DNA of 22,583 nt from the NCBI GenBank assembly GCA_038850285.1, contig JAWCMA010000019.1:1-22583 (forward strand), written 5' to 3'. Below are positions 1 through 9,491 of this stretch, one piece after another. The position numbers and the translations under genes are program-made. Below the pieces are notes generated by a model that worked only from the letters and a program-made list of their open reading frames with translations, made no database searches and was not told the origin of the DNA. Every line of letters starts with the position of its first letter. The first letter of the stretch is position 1. The DNA comes from Methanocellales archaeon. Lineage in GTDB: Archaea > Halobacteriota > JAWCLZ01.

Positions 1-1
1 A

Positions 2-418
2 AAAAAACTATGCCTTGGGAAAAAAATCGATGCAATTTTCCTAGACATCAAAGCTCCGCTATCAAATGCAGAACTATATCGCGAGATAACAGGTGTAGCC
101 TCAGCTGAAACCATTGAGAGAATAAAGAGAACCATTGAAATTTGCAGAAATAGCAAAGTTGAATTCGAGGTTAGAACCACTGTATTCAAAGGGTTAAACG
201 CTGATAAAGAGCAAATAGTGGAAATCGCTAGATCAATTTTAGGCTGCAATTGCTATGCAATTCAACAAGGCAGACCCGAGCTTGCTTGGAGCGAGGAAAT
301 CCAGCGAAGCTCTCCTCCATCTAGAGAAGAACTAATTGAACTCGCAAGAGCAGCCAAGCAATATTTAAAAGAAGTGAGAATTAGAACTAAAGAAAAAGGC
401 AATGAGAGGATAGGATGA
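2..418 (+). CDS. nrdG: Anaerobic ribonucleoside-triphosphate reductase activating protein (radical SAM), 5'-truncated by window edge
   Basis: The frame of ORF 218..418 is open from base 2: KKLCLGKKIDAIFLDIKAPL...VEFEVRTTVFKG...YAIQQGRP. The LDIKAP, EVRTT and YxxQQ motifs fit the C-terminal half of NrdG2-type activases. The CxxxCxxC motif would lie upstream of the window. Confidence 0.75.
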   Translation, partial: KKLCLGKKIDAIFLDIKAPLSNAELYREITGVASAETIERIKRTIEICRNSKVEFEVRTTVFKGLNADKEQIVEIARSILGCNCYAIQQGRPELAWSEEIQRSSPPSREELIELARAAKQYLKEVRIRTKEKGNERIG

Positions 419-963
419 AAGCAATTGGCTTAGTGGGCAGACAAGCAGCTGGAAAAACACTTGCCTCAGAAATCGGCGAAGCAATGGGAATGAAGGTAAT
501 TCGAATGGGTGATTTAGTTAGAGAGGAAATCCTAAGTAAGGGAATGAAGATAAATGAAGAAACCATTTCAAGATTCGCAACCATGCTCAGAGAAAGGGAG
601 GGAATGCAAGCCATAGCAAAACGCACAATTAAGCGATTAAAAGAGCTGAATAAACAAAGCACGGTAATAATAGATGGCATACGCAGCCAAGAAGAGGTAA
701 ACCTCTTTAAAAAAGAATTTGGAGATAACTTCAAATTGATAGCCATCATCGCACCTCAGAGAATTAGATATGAAAGAGTGAGAAATAGAAAAAGAGAAGA
801 CGACGCCAGCGAGATGGAGATATTCATTAAAAAAGACGAACGCGAAACCAACTGGGGAATAGAAGAGGCAATGAAACTAGCTGACTACACCATTAAAAAC
901 GAAGGAACCAAGGAAGAATTCAAAGCTAATGTGAAGAAGATCTTCGAAGAGGTTAAAGGATGA
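415..963 (+). CDS. UPF0200 family P-loop nucleoside monophosphate kinase (dephospho-CoA kinase-like)
   Basis: N-terminal P-loop GRQAAGKT, MGDLVREE, IDGIRS, R..R.R.DD and ADYTIKNEGT. It sits next to UPF0201, the usual archaeal gene pair. Confidence 0.85.
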   Translation: MKAIGLVGRQAAGKTLASEIGEAMGMKVIRMGDLVREEILSKGMKINEETISRFATMLREREGMQAIAKRTIKRLKELNKQSTVIIDGIRSQEEVNLFKKEFGDNFKLIAIIAPQRIRYERVRNRKREDDASEMEIFIKKDERETNWGIEEAMKLADYTIKNEGTKEEFKANVKKIFEEVKG

Positions 964-1385
964 AAATAAATCTAACCATCTCCACACCTATATACCCAAC
1001 CGAGAGCCAAGATAAAGTTGAAGCCGCGATAAAAAAGCTCTTCCCAAATATAGAGCTCCAAGTTGAAAAGGGATCTGGAACTGCTAAGCACTTAACTGGA
1101 AGCACTATAGGTATTGAGAGTTTGAAAAAAATGCATGAATTACTTAGAAAGCAGAGAATATTAGACACCGCGAGAAGCACTTTTTTGAAGAACAAGCGTG
1201 GCAATGCAATTGAATTCGAGCTCAATAAGCAAGTGGCATATATTGGGAAAATTAACTTCGTGGAGGAAGCAATGGCACTTGGTTCAATCCACGTTAAAAT
1301 AGAAGCTGGAGAAATAGATCAGCTGATAGACTGGCTAGCGCCAGCGACAAAAGATGGCAAGCCAATTCAAGAAATAGAACTATAG
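960..1385 (+). CDS. UPF0201 (DUF54) putative RNA-binding protein
   Basis: P.YPTES.DKV..AI..LFP, LRKQRILDTAR, LNKQVAY.GKINF and IDWLAP.T motifs; ATGA overlap with the upstream gene. Confidence 0.88.
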   Translation: MKINLTISTPIYPTESQDKVEAAIKKLFPNIELQVEKGSGTAKHLTGSTIGIESLKKMHELLRKQRILDTARSTFLKNKRGNAIEFELNKQVAYIGKINFVEEAMALGSIHVKIEAGEIDQLIDWLAPATKDGKPIQEIEL

Positions 1386-1510
1386 AATTTTGAATTCAAT
1401 TCAATAGACCTACCCAAACCTAAACCTAAGAAATAAAAATAAAATAGGCAAAGCCTTAAAAATATAGAATTTTATATTAGCCAACGCCCTTAAAAGAGAG
1501 TGATACGTTA

Positions 1511-4285
1511 ATGATGGAAGAAGAATATCAGCTGGATTATTTTCATAGAAATGGATTCGTGCGAAAGCAGTGCAAGAAATGCGAGAGCTATTTCTGGACG
1601 AGAGATACAAATCGCGAGATCTGCGGCGATGCCCCATGCGTGCCCTACAACTTCATAGGCAACCCAGTTTTCAAGCCGCATACCTTGAATGAAATGCGTG
1701 AAGCCTATCTTTCATTCTTCGAGAAACACGGTCACGCAAGGGTTAATCGATATCCTGTAGTTGCACGTTGGCGCGATGACATTTATCTCACAATAGCAAG
1801 CATCGCTGACTTCCAACCTTGGGTTACCTCGGGCAAAATACCTCCCCCAGCGAATCCCCTTACAATTTCCCAGCCTTGTATACGCTTGGACGATTTAGAT
1901 TCAGTTGGCAGAAGCGGGAGACATCTCACCACCTTTGAAATGATGGCACATCACGTCTTTAACTACCCAGGTAGAGAGATCTACTGGAAAGACCGCACCG
2001 TAGAACTCTGCAGTTTACTGCTCCAAGAATTAGGAGCAAATCTAGATGAAGTAACATTTAAGGAAAATCCCTGGATGGGAGGAGGCAACGCTGGGCCAGC
2101 AGTGGAAGTTTTAGTTAGAGGTTTAGAAGTAGCAACCCTGGTTTTTATGAACCTAGTGGCAGATAAAAATGGAAACATCGAGCTTAAAGGCGAGCGCTAT
2201 AAAAAAATGGATCTATACATCGTGGATACTGGCTATGGCCTTGAGAGATTTACATGGGGCTCAAATGGCGCTCCAACGATTTACGATGCAATTTTCCCGG
2301 AAGTAGTGAATGAACTCATGGCAATTGCTGGCATAGAGCACTCCCTAAGAGACCCTGAGTATTCCAAAATATTAGCTATGAATGCCAAGCTCGCTGGCTA
2401 TATGGATGTGAGCAGTAAAGCGAATTTAATGCTGCTGAGGAAGCAAATTGCAAGTGAAATTGGCTTAAACGTGGATAAGCTGAATGAAATTCTAGAACCA
2501 GTTGAAGCAATATATGCAATTGCCGATCACTCCCGCTGCCTAGCATTCATGCTCGGGGACGGAATAATACCATCCAATGTAAAAGCAGGCTATTTAGCTA
2601 GACTTGTGATTCGAAGAACGCTGCGCTTCATGCACGCATTAAAGTTAAAGCAAAAACTCTCAGAAATAGTGCGCATTCAAATTGAAAAACACCTCAGCAA
2701 GAGCTACCCCGAATACCTCAGGAAAATGGATACAATTGCAGAAATCCTCGATCTAGAGGAGGAGAAATATGGTGAAACAATCGCCAGGGGCACGAGACTT
2801 GTGGAGAAAACCGCGCAATATCATAAGGCTAGAAATGAAAAAATCCCTCTTGAAGCGCTAATTCAACTTTATGATACCCACGGCATTCCCCCTGAAGTCG
2901 CGCGAAGCATTTCCAGTGAAATTGGCGTGGAAGTGGAGCTGCCTGATAACTTTTATTCAATCGTTGCTAAAAGTCATAGCAAGCTCGTGGGGGAGGAAAG
3001 AGAGGCTTTATATAAAGAGCGCCTTAAAATTCTGCCACCTACAAAGCCGCTTTACTATGAGCAGCCATCTAATAAAAGATTTAAAGCCAGAGTCCTCGAT
3101 GTATTCGATGATTATGTAGTGCTTGATCAAACTCTTTTCTACCCAGAGGGGGGTGGGCAGCCAGCGGATACTGGTTTTATTAAAATTGGCAATATTAAAA
3201 AGGAAGTAATAGATGTACAGCTGCAAGATGGCGTGATACTACATAAAGTAGCTGGCTGCAGTGAAATTAAAGTGGGAGCTGAAGTAGTTGGAATGATAGA
3301 CTATCAAAAACGCATTGCTCACGCGAGGCATCATTCAGCTACGCATATAGTTGCACTTTCAGCTAGAAAAGTACTTGGAGAACACATCTGGCAAGCTGGA
3401 GCGCAAAAGGAAGTGGATAAAGCAAGACTAGATCTCTCCCACTACAAGCGCATATCCGATGAAGAGCTTAAAGAGATAGAAGCGCTTGCAAATAGGATTG
3501 TGATGAAAAATGCTAGAATTGAAATCCTCTGGATGGATAGAAATGAAGCGGAGAGGAAATTTGGCTTCACACTCTATCAAGGCGGCGTGCCAACTGGAGA
3601 TAAAATAAGAGTGGTAAAAGTAGACGAAGATGTAGAAGCATGCGGAGGAACGCATTGCAGATCAACTGGAATGATAGGTCCAATTAAAATCCTGCGAACT
3701 GAGCGCGTGCAAGATGGCGTTGAGCGACTGGAATTCGCAGCTGGAGAGGCAGCGATTGCAAAGAATTTGGAGAGGGAAGATCTCTTGAGGAGAAGCTCTG
3801 AAATACTTCGAGTTCCACCATCTCAGCTTCCCGAAACTGTGGAGCGTTTCTTTGAAGAATGGAAGCGCCAGCGAAAGGAAATAGAAGCATTGAAGGAAAA
3901 GCTTGCCGAGCTGCAGGTAAAGGGTTTGCTTGAAAGCGCTGAAACCCTAAGTGGAATTAAAGTGATGGTGAGTAAAATTCCAGATGCAGATATGGAAACT
4001 CTGATTAAAATCGCAGCTGCATTGAGCAGAAGCAATGCTGTTGCACTTCTAGCTAGCATATCAAATGGGGTGAAAATCGTTTCAATAGCAGGAGAGGAGG
4101 CTGTTAAAAGAGGGTTAACTGCGGATTTAATTGCAAGCGAGGCAAGTAAAGCAGTTGGCGGAGGAGGGGGTGGCGAATCAAATCTCGCTCAAGGCGGTGG
4201 CCCTATATCTGAAAATATCGATGAAGCACTTAGGGTGGGAAAAGAGTTAATTAAAGCGAGGCTTAAAAATGCGAATGTTCCTTAG
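1511..4285 (+). CDS. alaS: Alanine--tRNA ligase (archaeal type)
   Basis: YPVVARWRDD, SQPCIR, HLTTFEMMAHH, VDTGYGLER, IADHSR, LYDTHGIP, editing motifs HSATH and CGGTH, and a C-terminal GGGGG/AQGGG DHHA1 domain. Confidence 0.98.
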   Translation: MMEEEYQLDYFHRNGFVRKQCKKCESYFWTRDTNREICGDAPCVPYNFIGNPVFKPHTLNEMREAYLSFFEKHGHARVNRYPVVARWRDDIYLTIASIADFQPWVTSGKIPPPANPLTISQPCIRLDDLDSVGRSGRHLTTFEMMAHHVFNYPGREIYWKDRTVELCSLLLQELGANLDEVTFKENPWMGGGNAGPAVEVLVRGLEVATLVFMNLVADKNGNIELKGERYKKMDLYIVDTGYGLERFTWGSNGAPTIYDAIFPEVVNELMAIAGIEHSLRDPEYSKILAMNAKLAGYMDVSSKANLMLLRKQIASEIGLNVDKLNEILEPVEAIYAIADHSRCLAFMLGDGIIPSNVKAGYLARLVIRRTLRFMHALKLKQKLSEIVRIQIEKHLSKSYPEYLRKMDTIAEILDLEEEKYGETIARGTRLVEKTAQYHKARNEKIPLEALIQLYDTHGIPPEVARSISSEIGVEVELPDNFYSIVAKSHSKLVGEEREALYKERLKILPPTKPLYYEQPSNKRFKARVLDVFDDYVVLDQTLFYPEGGGQPADTGFIKIGNIKKEVIDVQLQDGVILHKVAGCSEIKVGAEVVGMIDYQKRIAHARHHSATHIVALSARKVLGEHIWQAGAQKEVDKARLDLSHYKRISDEELKEIEALANRIVMKNARIEILWMDRNEAERKFGFTLYQGGVPTGDKIRVVKVDEDVEACGGTHCRSTGMIGPIKILRTERVQDGVERLEFAAGEAAIAKNLEREDLLRRSSEILRVPPSQLPETVERFFEEWKRQRKEIEALKEKLAELQVKGLLESAETLSGIKVMVSKIPDADMETLIKIAAALSRSNAVALLASISNGVKIVSIAGEEAVKRGLTADLIASEASKAVGGGGGGESNLAQGGGPISENIDEALRVGKELIKARLKNANVP

Positions 4286-5471
4286 ATGTATGGAATGTGG
4301 CACTGAATATCCCCATACAGATGTAATTTATACCTGCGGCAGCTGCGGAGGATTGCTTGATGTAATCTATGATTACTCCCAAATTGAATTCAAAATAGAC
4401 AATAGCCCCCTTAGTGTTTGGAAATATCGCGCTTTACTCCCAATTGAAAGAGAACCCATTACATTGAAAGAGGGGGGAACTCCTCTTTATAAATGCGATC
4501 GCTTGGCTAAGGAAATTGGAATAAAAGAGCTTTATGTAAAACACGAGGGAATGAATCCAACTGGGTCTTTCAAAGATCGAGGCATGACAGTTGGGGTAAC
4601 TAAAGCGCTTGAAATGGGAATGCCGACAGTAGCCTGCGCTTCAACCGGTAATACCTCTGCATCCCTCGCTATATATGCAGCTAAAGCAGGTATACCTGCT
4701 GTTGTACTGCTTCCAAGCGGGAAAGTGGCACTTGGAAAAGTTGCTCAAGCACTAATGCACGGTGCAAAGGTGATAACCATAAAGGGCAACTTCGATAGAG
4801 CACTCCGCTTAGTGCGCGACCTATGTCGAGAGCAGCGCTTTTATCTGCTGAATAGCGTTAATCCATTCAGACTGGAGGGACAGAAAACAATTGGCTTTGA
4901 AATGGCAGATCAACTAGGATTAAGAGCACCTGATCGAGTGATACTTCCAGTGGGAAATGCAGGCAATATCTCTGCAGTTTACAAAGGCTTCAAGGAATTG
5001 AAGCTCTATGGCTTAATCTCAAAATTGCCTAAAATGATTGGAATTCAAGCTGAGGGGGCTAGTCCCATTGTTAAAGCAATTAAAAGCGGTGCTAGAGAAA
5101 TTGAAAGGGAATCAAAGCCTGATACAATTGCCACTGCAATTAGAATAGGCGATCCAGTTAATGCTCCTAAGGCATTAAAAGCGATTCGCGAATCAAAAGG
5201 CACAGCTGAAACAGTTACCGATGATGAAATTACCAAAGCCCAGAAAGACCTCGCTAGACTAGAGGGAATAGGCGTTGAACCCGCAAGTGCTGCGGCTATC
5301 GCTGGACTTCGAAAGCTGGTAAACCTAGGGGTTATAGATTATGATGAATGCATCATATGCGTTGCAACCGGTCACTTATTGAAAGATCCTGAAACAGTGA
5401 TAAAGATATGCGGCAGGCTAATTGAAGTAGAGGCAAATATGGATGCAGTTAAAAAAGCGCTTGAGGCTTGA
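4269..5471 (+). CDS. thrC: Threonine synthase (PLP-dependent, N-terminal Zn ribbon)
   Basis: CxxC...CxxC N-terminus, PLP lysine in NPTGSFKDRG, ASTGNTSAS, PVGNAGN, EPASAA and TGHLLKD. The start could be ATG 4275; the gene overlaps the alaS stop. Confidence 0.96.
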   Translation: MRMFLRCMECGTEYPHTDVIYTCGSCGGLLDVIYDYSQIEFKIDNSPLSVWKYRALLPIEREPITLKEGGTPLYKCDRLAKEIGIKELYVKHEGMNPTGSFKDRGMTVGVTKALEMGMPTVACASTGNTSASLAIYAAKAGIPAVVLLPSGKVALGKVAQALMHGAKVITIKGNFDRALRLVRDLCREQRFYLLNSVNPFRLEGQKTIGFEMADQLGLRAPDRVILPVGNAGNISAVYKGFKELKLYGLISKLPKMIGIQAEGASPIVKAIKSGAREIERESKPDTIATAIRIGDPVNAPKALKAIRESKGTAETVTDDEITKAQKDLARLEGIGVEPASAAAIAGLRKLVNLGVIDYDECIICVATGHLLKDPETVIKICGRLIEVEANMDAVKKALEA

Positions 5472-5474
5472 AAA

Positions 5475-6668
5475 ATGGGAATTTCAATAGCAATAGCCGG
5501 CAAGCCAAATTCTGGTAAAACTACGCTTTTTAAAGCGCTTACACTTGCCAATGTAGAAATCGCTAGCTATCCCTTTACCACTATTAAGGCTAATCACGGT
5601 ATTAGCTACCTCCGAGTGCCATGTGTATGTAGAGAGCTTAAAGTGAAATGCGAGAAATGCATAGATGGCAATAGATTTATTCCAGTGGCAGTGGTGGATG
5701 TAGCTGGCTTAGTGCCAGATGCGCATAAAGGAAGAGGGCTTGGAAATGCATTTCTAGATGAGATGAGACAGAGTGAAGCGATCATTCACGTGGTTGACGC
5801 CAGCGGGAGTACAGATATAGAGGGGAATCAAGTTGGAGTGAGCAATCATGATCCTCTAGATGATATTGACTTCTTTGAGAAGGAAGTAACCATGTGGATC
5901 TTTGGAATAATTAAGAAAAATTGGGATCGCATTTCAAGAAAGGCACAGCTTGAGGAAATGAGAATTGAGCGATTCATACACGATCAGCTCACTGGTCTAG
6001 GGATTTCTGAAGGGAATATAAAAAATGCTTTAGGTAGAGCAGAACTTGACCCGGAGAAGCCTGCGGATTGGAGCGATGGGGATTTGATAAAATTCGCTGA
6101 TGAAATACGCAGAATAAGCAAGCCTTTGATATTGGCGGCAAATAAAATTGACATAGCCCCTGAAGAAAATCTCTCTGGGCTTAAAGCGCTTGAGAAAAAA
6201 GGCTATATGGTAATTCCAACCTGCGCTGCTGCTGAAGTTGCCCTTAGGTTAGCTGAAAAAAGTGGTTTGATTAAATATCTCCCTGGAGATAGCGATTTCC
6301 AGGTTTTAAAGCCTGAGAAGCTCACTAATGCGCAGAGAAATGCTCTTGAGAAACTATCCCTGCTTTTGAAAAAATTCGGCAGCACAGGGGTGCAGCAATG
6401 TTTAAATACAGTGGTTTTTAAGCTTTTGAATATGATAGTTGTCTACCCGGTTGAGGATGAAAATAAATATTGTGATAAAAATGGCAATATACTTCCTGAT
6501 GCATTTTTGGTGAAAAGGGGCAGCACTGCTAGAGACCTCGCCTATTTGGTGCATAGCGATCTAGGCGAGGGCTTCCTCTACGCTATTGATGCCAAGACCA
6601 AGCGCAGGCTTGGCGAGAAAACTGCGCTGGAGCATAATAGCGTGGTGAAAATTGTCTCAGCAAGATAG
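5475..6668 (+). CDS. ychF: Obg-family translation-associated NTPase YchF (archaeal), C-terminal TGS domain
   Basis: GKPNSGKTT, YPFTT, DVAGLVPDAH.GRGLGN.FL, NKID and HSDL...F.YAID. Confidence 0.93.
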   Translation: MGISIAIAGKPNSGKTTLFKALTLANVEIASYPFTTIKANHGISYLRVPCVCRELKVKCEKCIDGNRFIPVAVVDVAGLVPDAHKGRGLGNAFLDEMRQSEAIIHVVDASGSTDIEGNQVGVSNHDPLDDIDFFEKEVTMWIFGIIKKNWDRISRKAQLEEMRIERFIHDQLTGLGISEGNIKNALGRAELDPEKPADWSDGDLIKFADEIRRISKPLILAANKIDIAPEENLSGLKALEKKGYMVIPTCAAAEVALRLAEKSGLIKYLPGDSDFQVLKPEKLTNAQRNALEKLSLLLKKFGSTGVQQCLNTVVFKLLNMIVVYPVEDENKYCDKNGNILPDAFLVKRGSTARDLAYLVHSDLGEGFLYAIDAKTKRRLGEKTALEHNSVVKIVSAR

Positions 6669-6679
6669 TGCTCTATTCT

Positions 6680-8134
6680 CTATTCGATTCTAAATCCTCT
6701 GATTAAAGCTCTAAATAATAGGAGCACTGGGATTATCTCAAGGCGGCCAATCCACATATTGAAAATAAGCAAAACCTTCGCAGCTGTTGGCATGGCTGCA
6801 TTTATAACGCCTGAGCTTAAGCCTACGTTGCTCTGGGCAGAGCTTACTTCGAAGAGTATTTTTTCCACAGGGAATTGAGGCATTAGATGGAGAAGGGAAA
6901 TTGTACTAAATCCTAGGAAAACAAGCCAGAGGAATATAATGAGCATGGCTTCGGAGATTTCCCGAGTTATTTTATCTTCTGTCAAGCGCTTGCCGCCAAA
7001 TTTAATTGCAGTGATGCCGTGTTTTGGCATCAAAGTGCGCTTGAACCACCATTGTATGCCTGCGAAGAATAACAATACGCGCACGGTTTTAATGCCACCT
7101 CCAGTTGAGCCTGTGGGTGCACCTAGGATCATTGCAATGGAGAGAATTATAAGTGCAGTTGCTGACCAATTGCTCATGTCTGAGTTTTGAAGTCCGCATG
7201 TGCTCAATCCAGATATCAATTGAAAGCTAGAGTAGCGAATGGAGGTAAATAACTCTAGGTGTGCAAAATAAAAGTTCTCAAAGACTAGCAGCGCTACGCC
7301 TGCTAATATCATTAAGAGGAAGGTTTTGATTTGAAGATCTTGAAGAACTGCTTTCAAGTTGCCTTTTATAATCTTGTAGTATAGAAGAAAGGGAGTGCAG
7401 CCTAGGAGCATGATAACCATAGAAACAATTTCTATATAAATATTATTATATTCACCTATGCTTCCATCTTTAATGCTAAAACCGCCAGTACCAAGAGTTA
7501 CCATCGCATGGTTAATCGAGTCCCAGAGGGGCATTCCAGCAGCAAAGAACAGAGCTATACCAAAAAGGGTGATCCCCACATATATCCCCCAAATCGTTCT
7601 CACCGTAGAAATAATACTTGGATGAATCCGCTCCTCCCGACCTTCAGCCTTATATAGTGCAAATGCCCCTGTGCCAGGCCTAGCTAGAATGCTAACCATT
7701 AGCACAATCACACCTATGCCGCCTACCCACTGCATAGTGCTTCTCCAGAATTGAATTGTATGCGAGAGCGCACTTGGCTTAGCAAACATAGTTAAACCAG
7801 TCCCAGTCCAGCCTGACATCGCCTCAAAAAAGCCATCGATAAAACTGGAGTGCCCAATTATCATAAAGGGAATTGCACTAATAACTGCAATCAATAGCCA
7901 GCCAATTGCGGCAATTATAATCGCATGCTTCAACTCAGGCTCATCTGCTTTTATACCAAATCGCAAAGCAAGCCCTAGAATTATGCAAATTATGGAAAGG
8001 GTGAAGAAATCCGAGATTCCTTCATTTTCCTTGAAATAAAGAGCTGGGAGCATTGCAAAATCCATTACAACACCAAGTATAGCCATCAATCCCCCTAGGT
8101 CTCGCAAAATTATCTTCAAATCCGCTATTCCCAA
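6680..8134 (-). CDS. trkH: TrkH/KtrB family potassium uptake membrane subunit
   Basis: Multi-TM protein with four pore-loop motifs (MSGWTGTGL, LGTGGFS, LSTCGL, QSNVGLS), GSTGGGIK and WIGRLE. TTG start has GGAG upstream. Confidence 0.95.
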   Translation of the reverse strand: MGIADLKIILRDLGGLMAILGVVMDFAMLPALYFKENEGISDFFTLSIICIILGLALRFGIKADEPELKHAIIIAAIGWLLIAVISAIPFMIIGHSSFIDGFFEAMSGWTGTGLTMFAKPSALSHTIQFWRSTMQWVGGIGVIVLMVSILARPGTGAFALYKAEGREERIHPSIISTVRTIWGIYVGITLFGIALFFAAGMPLWDSINHAMVTLGTGGFSIKDGSIGEYNNIYIEIVSMVIMLLGCTPFLLYYKIIKGNLKAVLQDLQIKTFLLMILAGVALLVFENFYFAHLELFTSIRYSSFQLISGLSTCGLQNSDMSNWSATALIILSIAMILGAPTGSTGGGIKTVRVLLFFAGIQWWFKRTLMPKHGITAIKFGGKRLTEDKITREISEAMLIIFLWLVFLGFSTISLLHLMPQFPVEKILFEVSSAQSNVGLSSGVINAAMPTAAKVLLIFNMWIGRLEIIPVLLLFRALIRGFRIE

Positions 8135-8144
8135 ATCGATCTCC

Positions 8145-8795
8145 TCAACTGGTTAAAATCTGCCTAATTTTTTCCAACTCATCAATTCGAGCGAATACAT
8201 GAAGCACATCTTCACTTTCAATCTGAATATCGCCTTTTGGAACTATGAGATCCCCTTGGCGCTCAATGGCTACAATTAAAGCAGTTTTAGGCAGCGAGAG
8301 CTCCGATAAGGTTTTACCCACGATATTAGAGTTATGCTCTGCAACTACCTTGAAAATCTCAGCCTTCCCCTCGGCTAAAGTGACGAAGTCCTTGATACCA
8401 GGATGCCTAATGGCACTGTAGAGATATCGCGCAACAATGGCATCTGGATTCTCAAGCACTTGGATACCTGCGTTTTTAAACATCTGCACGTGCTCCTTTT
8501 CATTAACAATCGCCACTATTTGCTTAATCCCGAGTTCCTTAGCCATTAAAACAGTCATGAGATTAACTGCATCATCACTTGTGGTAGCTATAATTGCATC
8601 CGCTCTATCTCCCCCTGCTTCAATTAACGTGGACTTAGAAGTAGCATCGCCGCATACTGCAAGCACATCATATTTAGTTGCTATCTCCTTGCAGCGCTCC
8701 TCATTTAAGTCTATAATTACAACATTATTCCTCTTGATTGAAATATCAACCAGATTTCTGCCAATGCCACCAAGGCCCACGATTATTATATACAT
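8145..8795 (-). CDS. trkA: TrkA family potassium uptake regulatory subunit (RCK N+C)
   Basis: Rossmann IIVGLGGIG, GDAT, T.DDAVN and a C-terminal TrkA-C domain. ATG 8795 is preferred over TTG 8798. Directly upstream of trkH. Confidence 0.93.
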   Translation of the reverse strand: MYIIIVGLGGIGRNLVDISIKRNNVVIIDLNEERCKEIATKYDVLAVCGDATSKSTLIEAGGDRADAIIATTSDDAVNLMTVLMAKELGIKQIVAIVNEKEHVQMFKNAGIQVLENPDAIVARYLYSAIRHPGIKDFVTLAEGKAEIFKVVAEHNSNIVGKTLSELSLPKTALIVAIERQGDLIVPKGDIQIESEDVLHVFARIDELEKIRQILTS

Positions 8796-8886
8796 CAAAT
8801 ATAAAAAATAAGTCCAGCCTCATATCCTTTTTGCTCCTTAAGAGAAAAATAAAAATTTGCCTACATAAACAAAGACTGGAGCTAAA

Positions 8887-9060
8887 ATGGCAAAGGCTCA
8901 TTGCTACCAGTATCCCTCGATGAAGCTGAGAGACTTAGCTAGAGCGAGTTGGATGTGATAATCGTAACTGGCGATGCATATTAACCATATGAGCTTTAAC
9001 GGCAGTAATTGGCAGAGTACTTGAGGAGGGCTTTCGATTGGCATAATAGCACACGCTGCA
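8887..9060 (+). pseudogene. Decayed N-terminal fragment of a YgiQ/UPF0313 radical SAM gene
   Basis: Joining frames gives LLPVSLDEAERLS*SELDVIIVTGDAY / NHMSF / AVIGRVLEEGF / IGIIA, matching the YgiQ start FLP.S..E...LGW.ELD.I.VTGDAYVDHPSFG.A.IGR.LE..GF.VGIIAQP. TAG falls at the conserved Trp, there are several frameshifts, and the rest of the gene is absent. Confidence 0.8.
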
Positions 9061-9132
9061 TTTATGATCCTGCTTTATATATAAATGCCAGCATATTTTA
9101 TCCTAGACCTTGATACTTGATACTTCCTCAAA

Positions 9133-9147
9133 ACTCGGGATTTCAAC
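9133..9147 (+). repeat. 15-bp exact direct repeat ACTCGGGATTTCAAC, copy 1 (copy 2 at 10802-10816)
   Basis: The identical 15-mer occurs at both intergenic positions, each downstream of a TATA-like box. Confidence 0.8.
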
Positions 9148-9312
9148 GTAATCCTTAAATTGCTTATTTCTCTTACTTTATATACTTCTTGTTCAAATTA
9201 GCACTTAGGCAGGTAGGACGGAGGATTTAATCGGTAATAAACAAAAGTGCATGATTTCCGAGCAAAAAAGATTCACCATAAGCTGAGGAGAGAAGAAATT
9301 TCTTGGGATTAG

Positions 9313-9468
9313 CTAGGCATTGAGCTCTAGGAGCTGTTTGCTTACCAGCGTGTAATGTTTGTTGGGCTTAACGCTTTTCAAGCGGTGGCTTTGATAGGAA
9401 TGCTCGTCAAATTTTTCATAGGAAGCAAATACCTTGCCGCACATTGCACATTTAATTCTCTTCCTCAT
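9313..9468 (-). CDS. 51-aa C2H2 zinc-finger microprotein (not in ORF track)
   Basis: MRKRIKCAMCGKVFASYEKFDEHSYQSHRLKSVKPNKHYTLVSKQLLELNA has C-x2-C-x3-F-x8-H-x4-H. RBS GAGGTGA lies 6 nt before the ATG. Confidence 0.85.
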   Translation of the reverse strand: MRKRIKCAMCGKVFASYEKFDEHSYQSHRLKSVKPNKHYTLVSKQLLELNA

Positions 9469-9491
9469 TTTATTTCACCTCTTTTTTATTA

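Noticed and set aside
387-8923. Numerous 60-125 aa ORFs overlapping the housekeeping genes
   Set aside because: They are antisense or out-of-frame shadows of well-supported genes, with no motifs of their own.
8940-8942. In-frame TAG in the YgiQ-like fragment as possible pyrrolysine readthrough
   Set aside because: It sits at a conserved Trp (a single TGG to TAG change) amid frameshifts and truncation, which indicates pseudogene decay.
9109-9125. Short tandem CTTGATA x2.4
   Set aside because: Too short; no spacers, so not a CRISPR array, and no cas genes are in the window.
9250-9297. ATGATTT...CTGA as a possible C/D box sRNA
   Set aside because: The C box is a poor match to RUGAUGA, there is no clear C'/D' pair, and the spacing is short.
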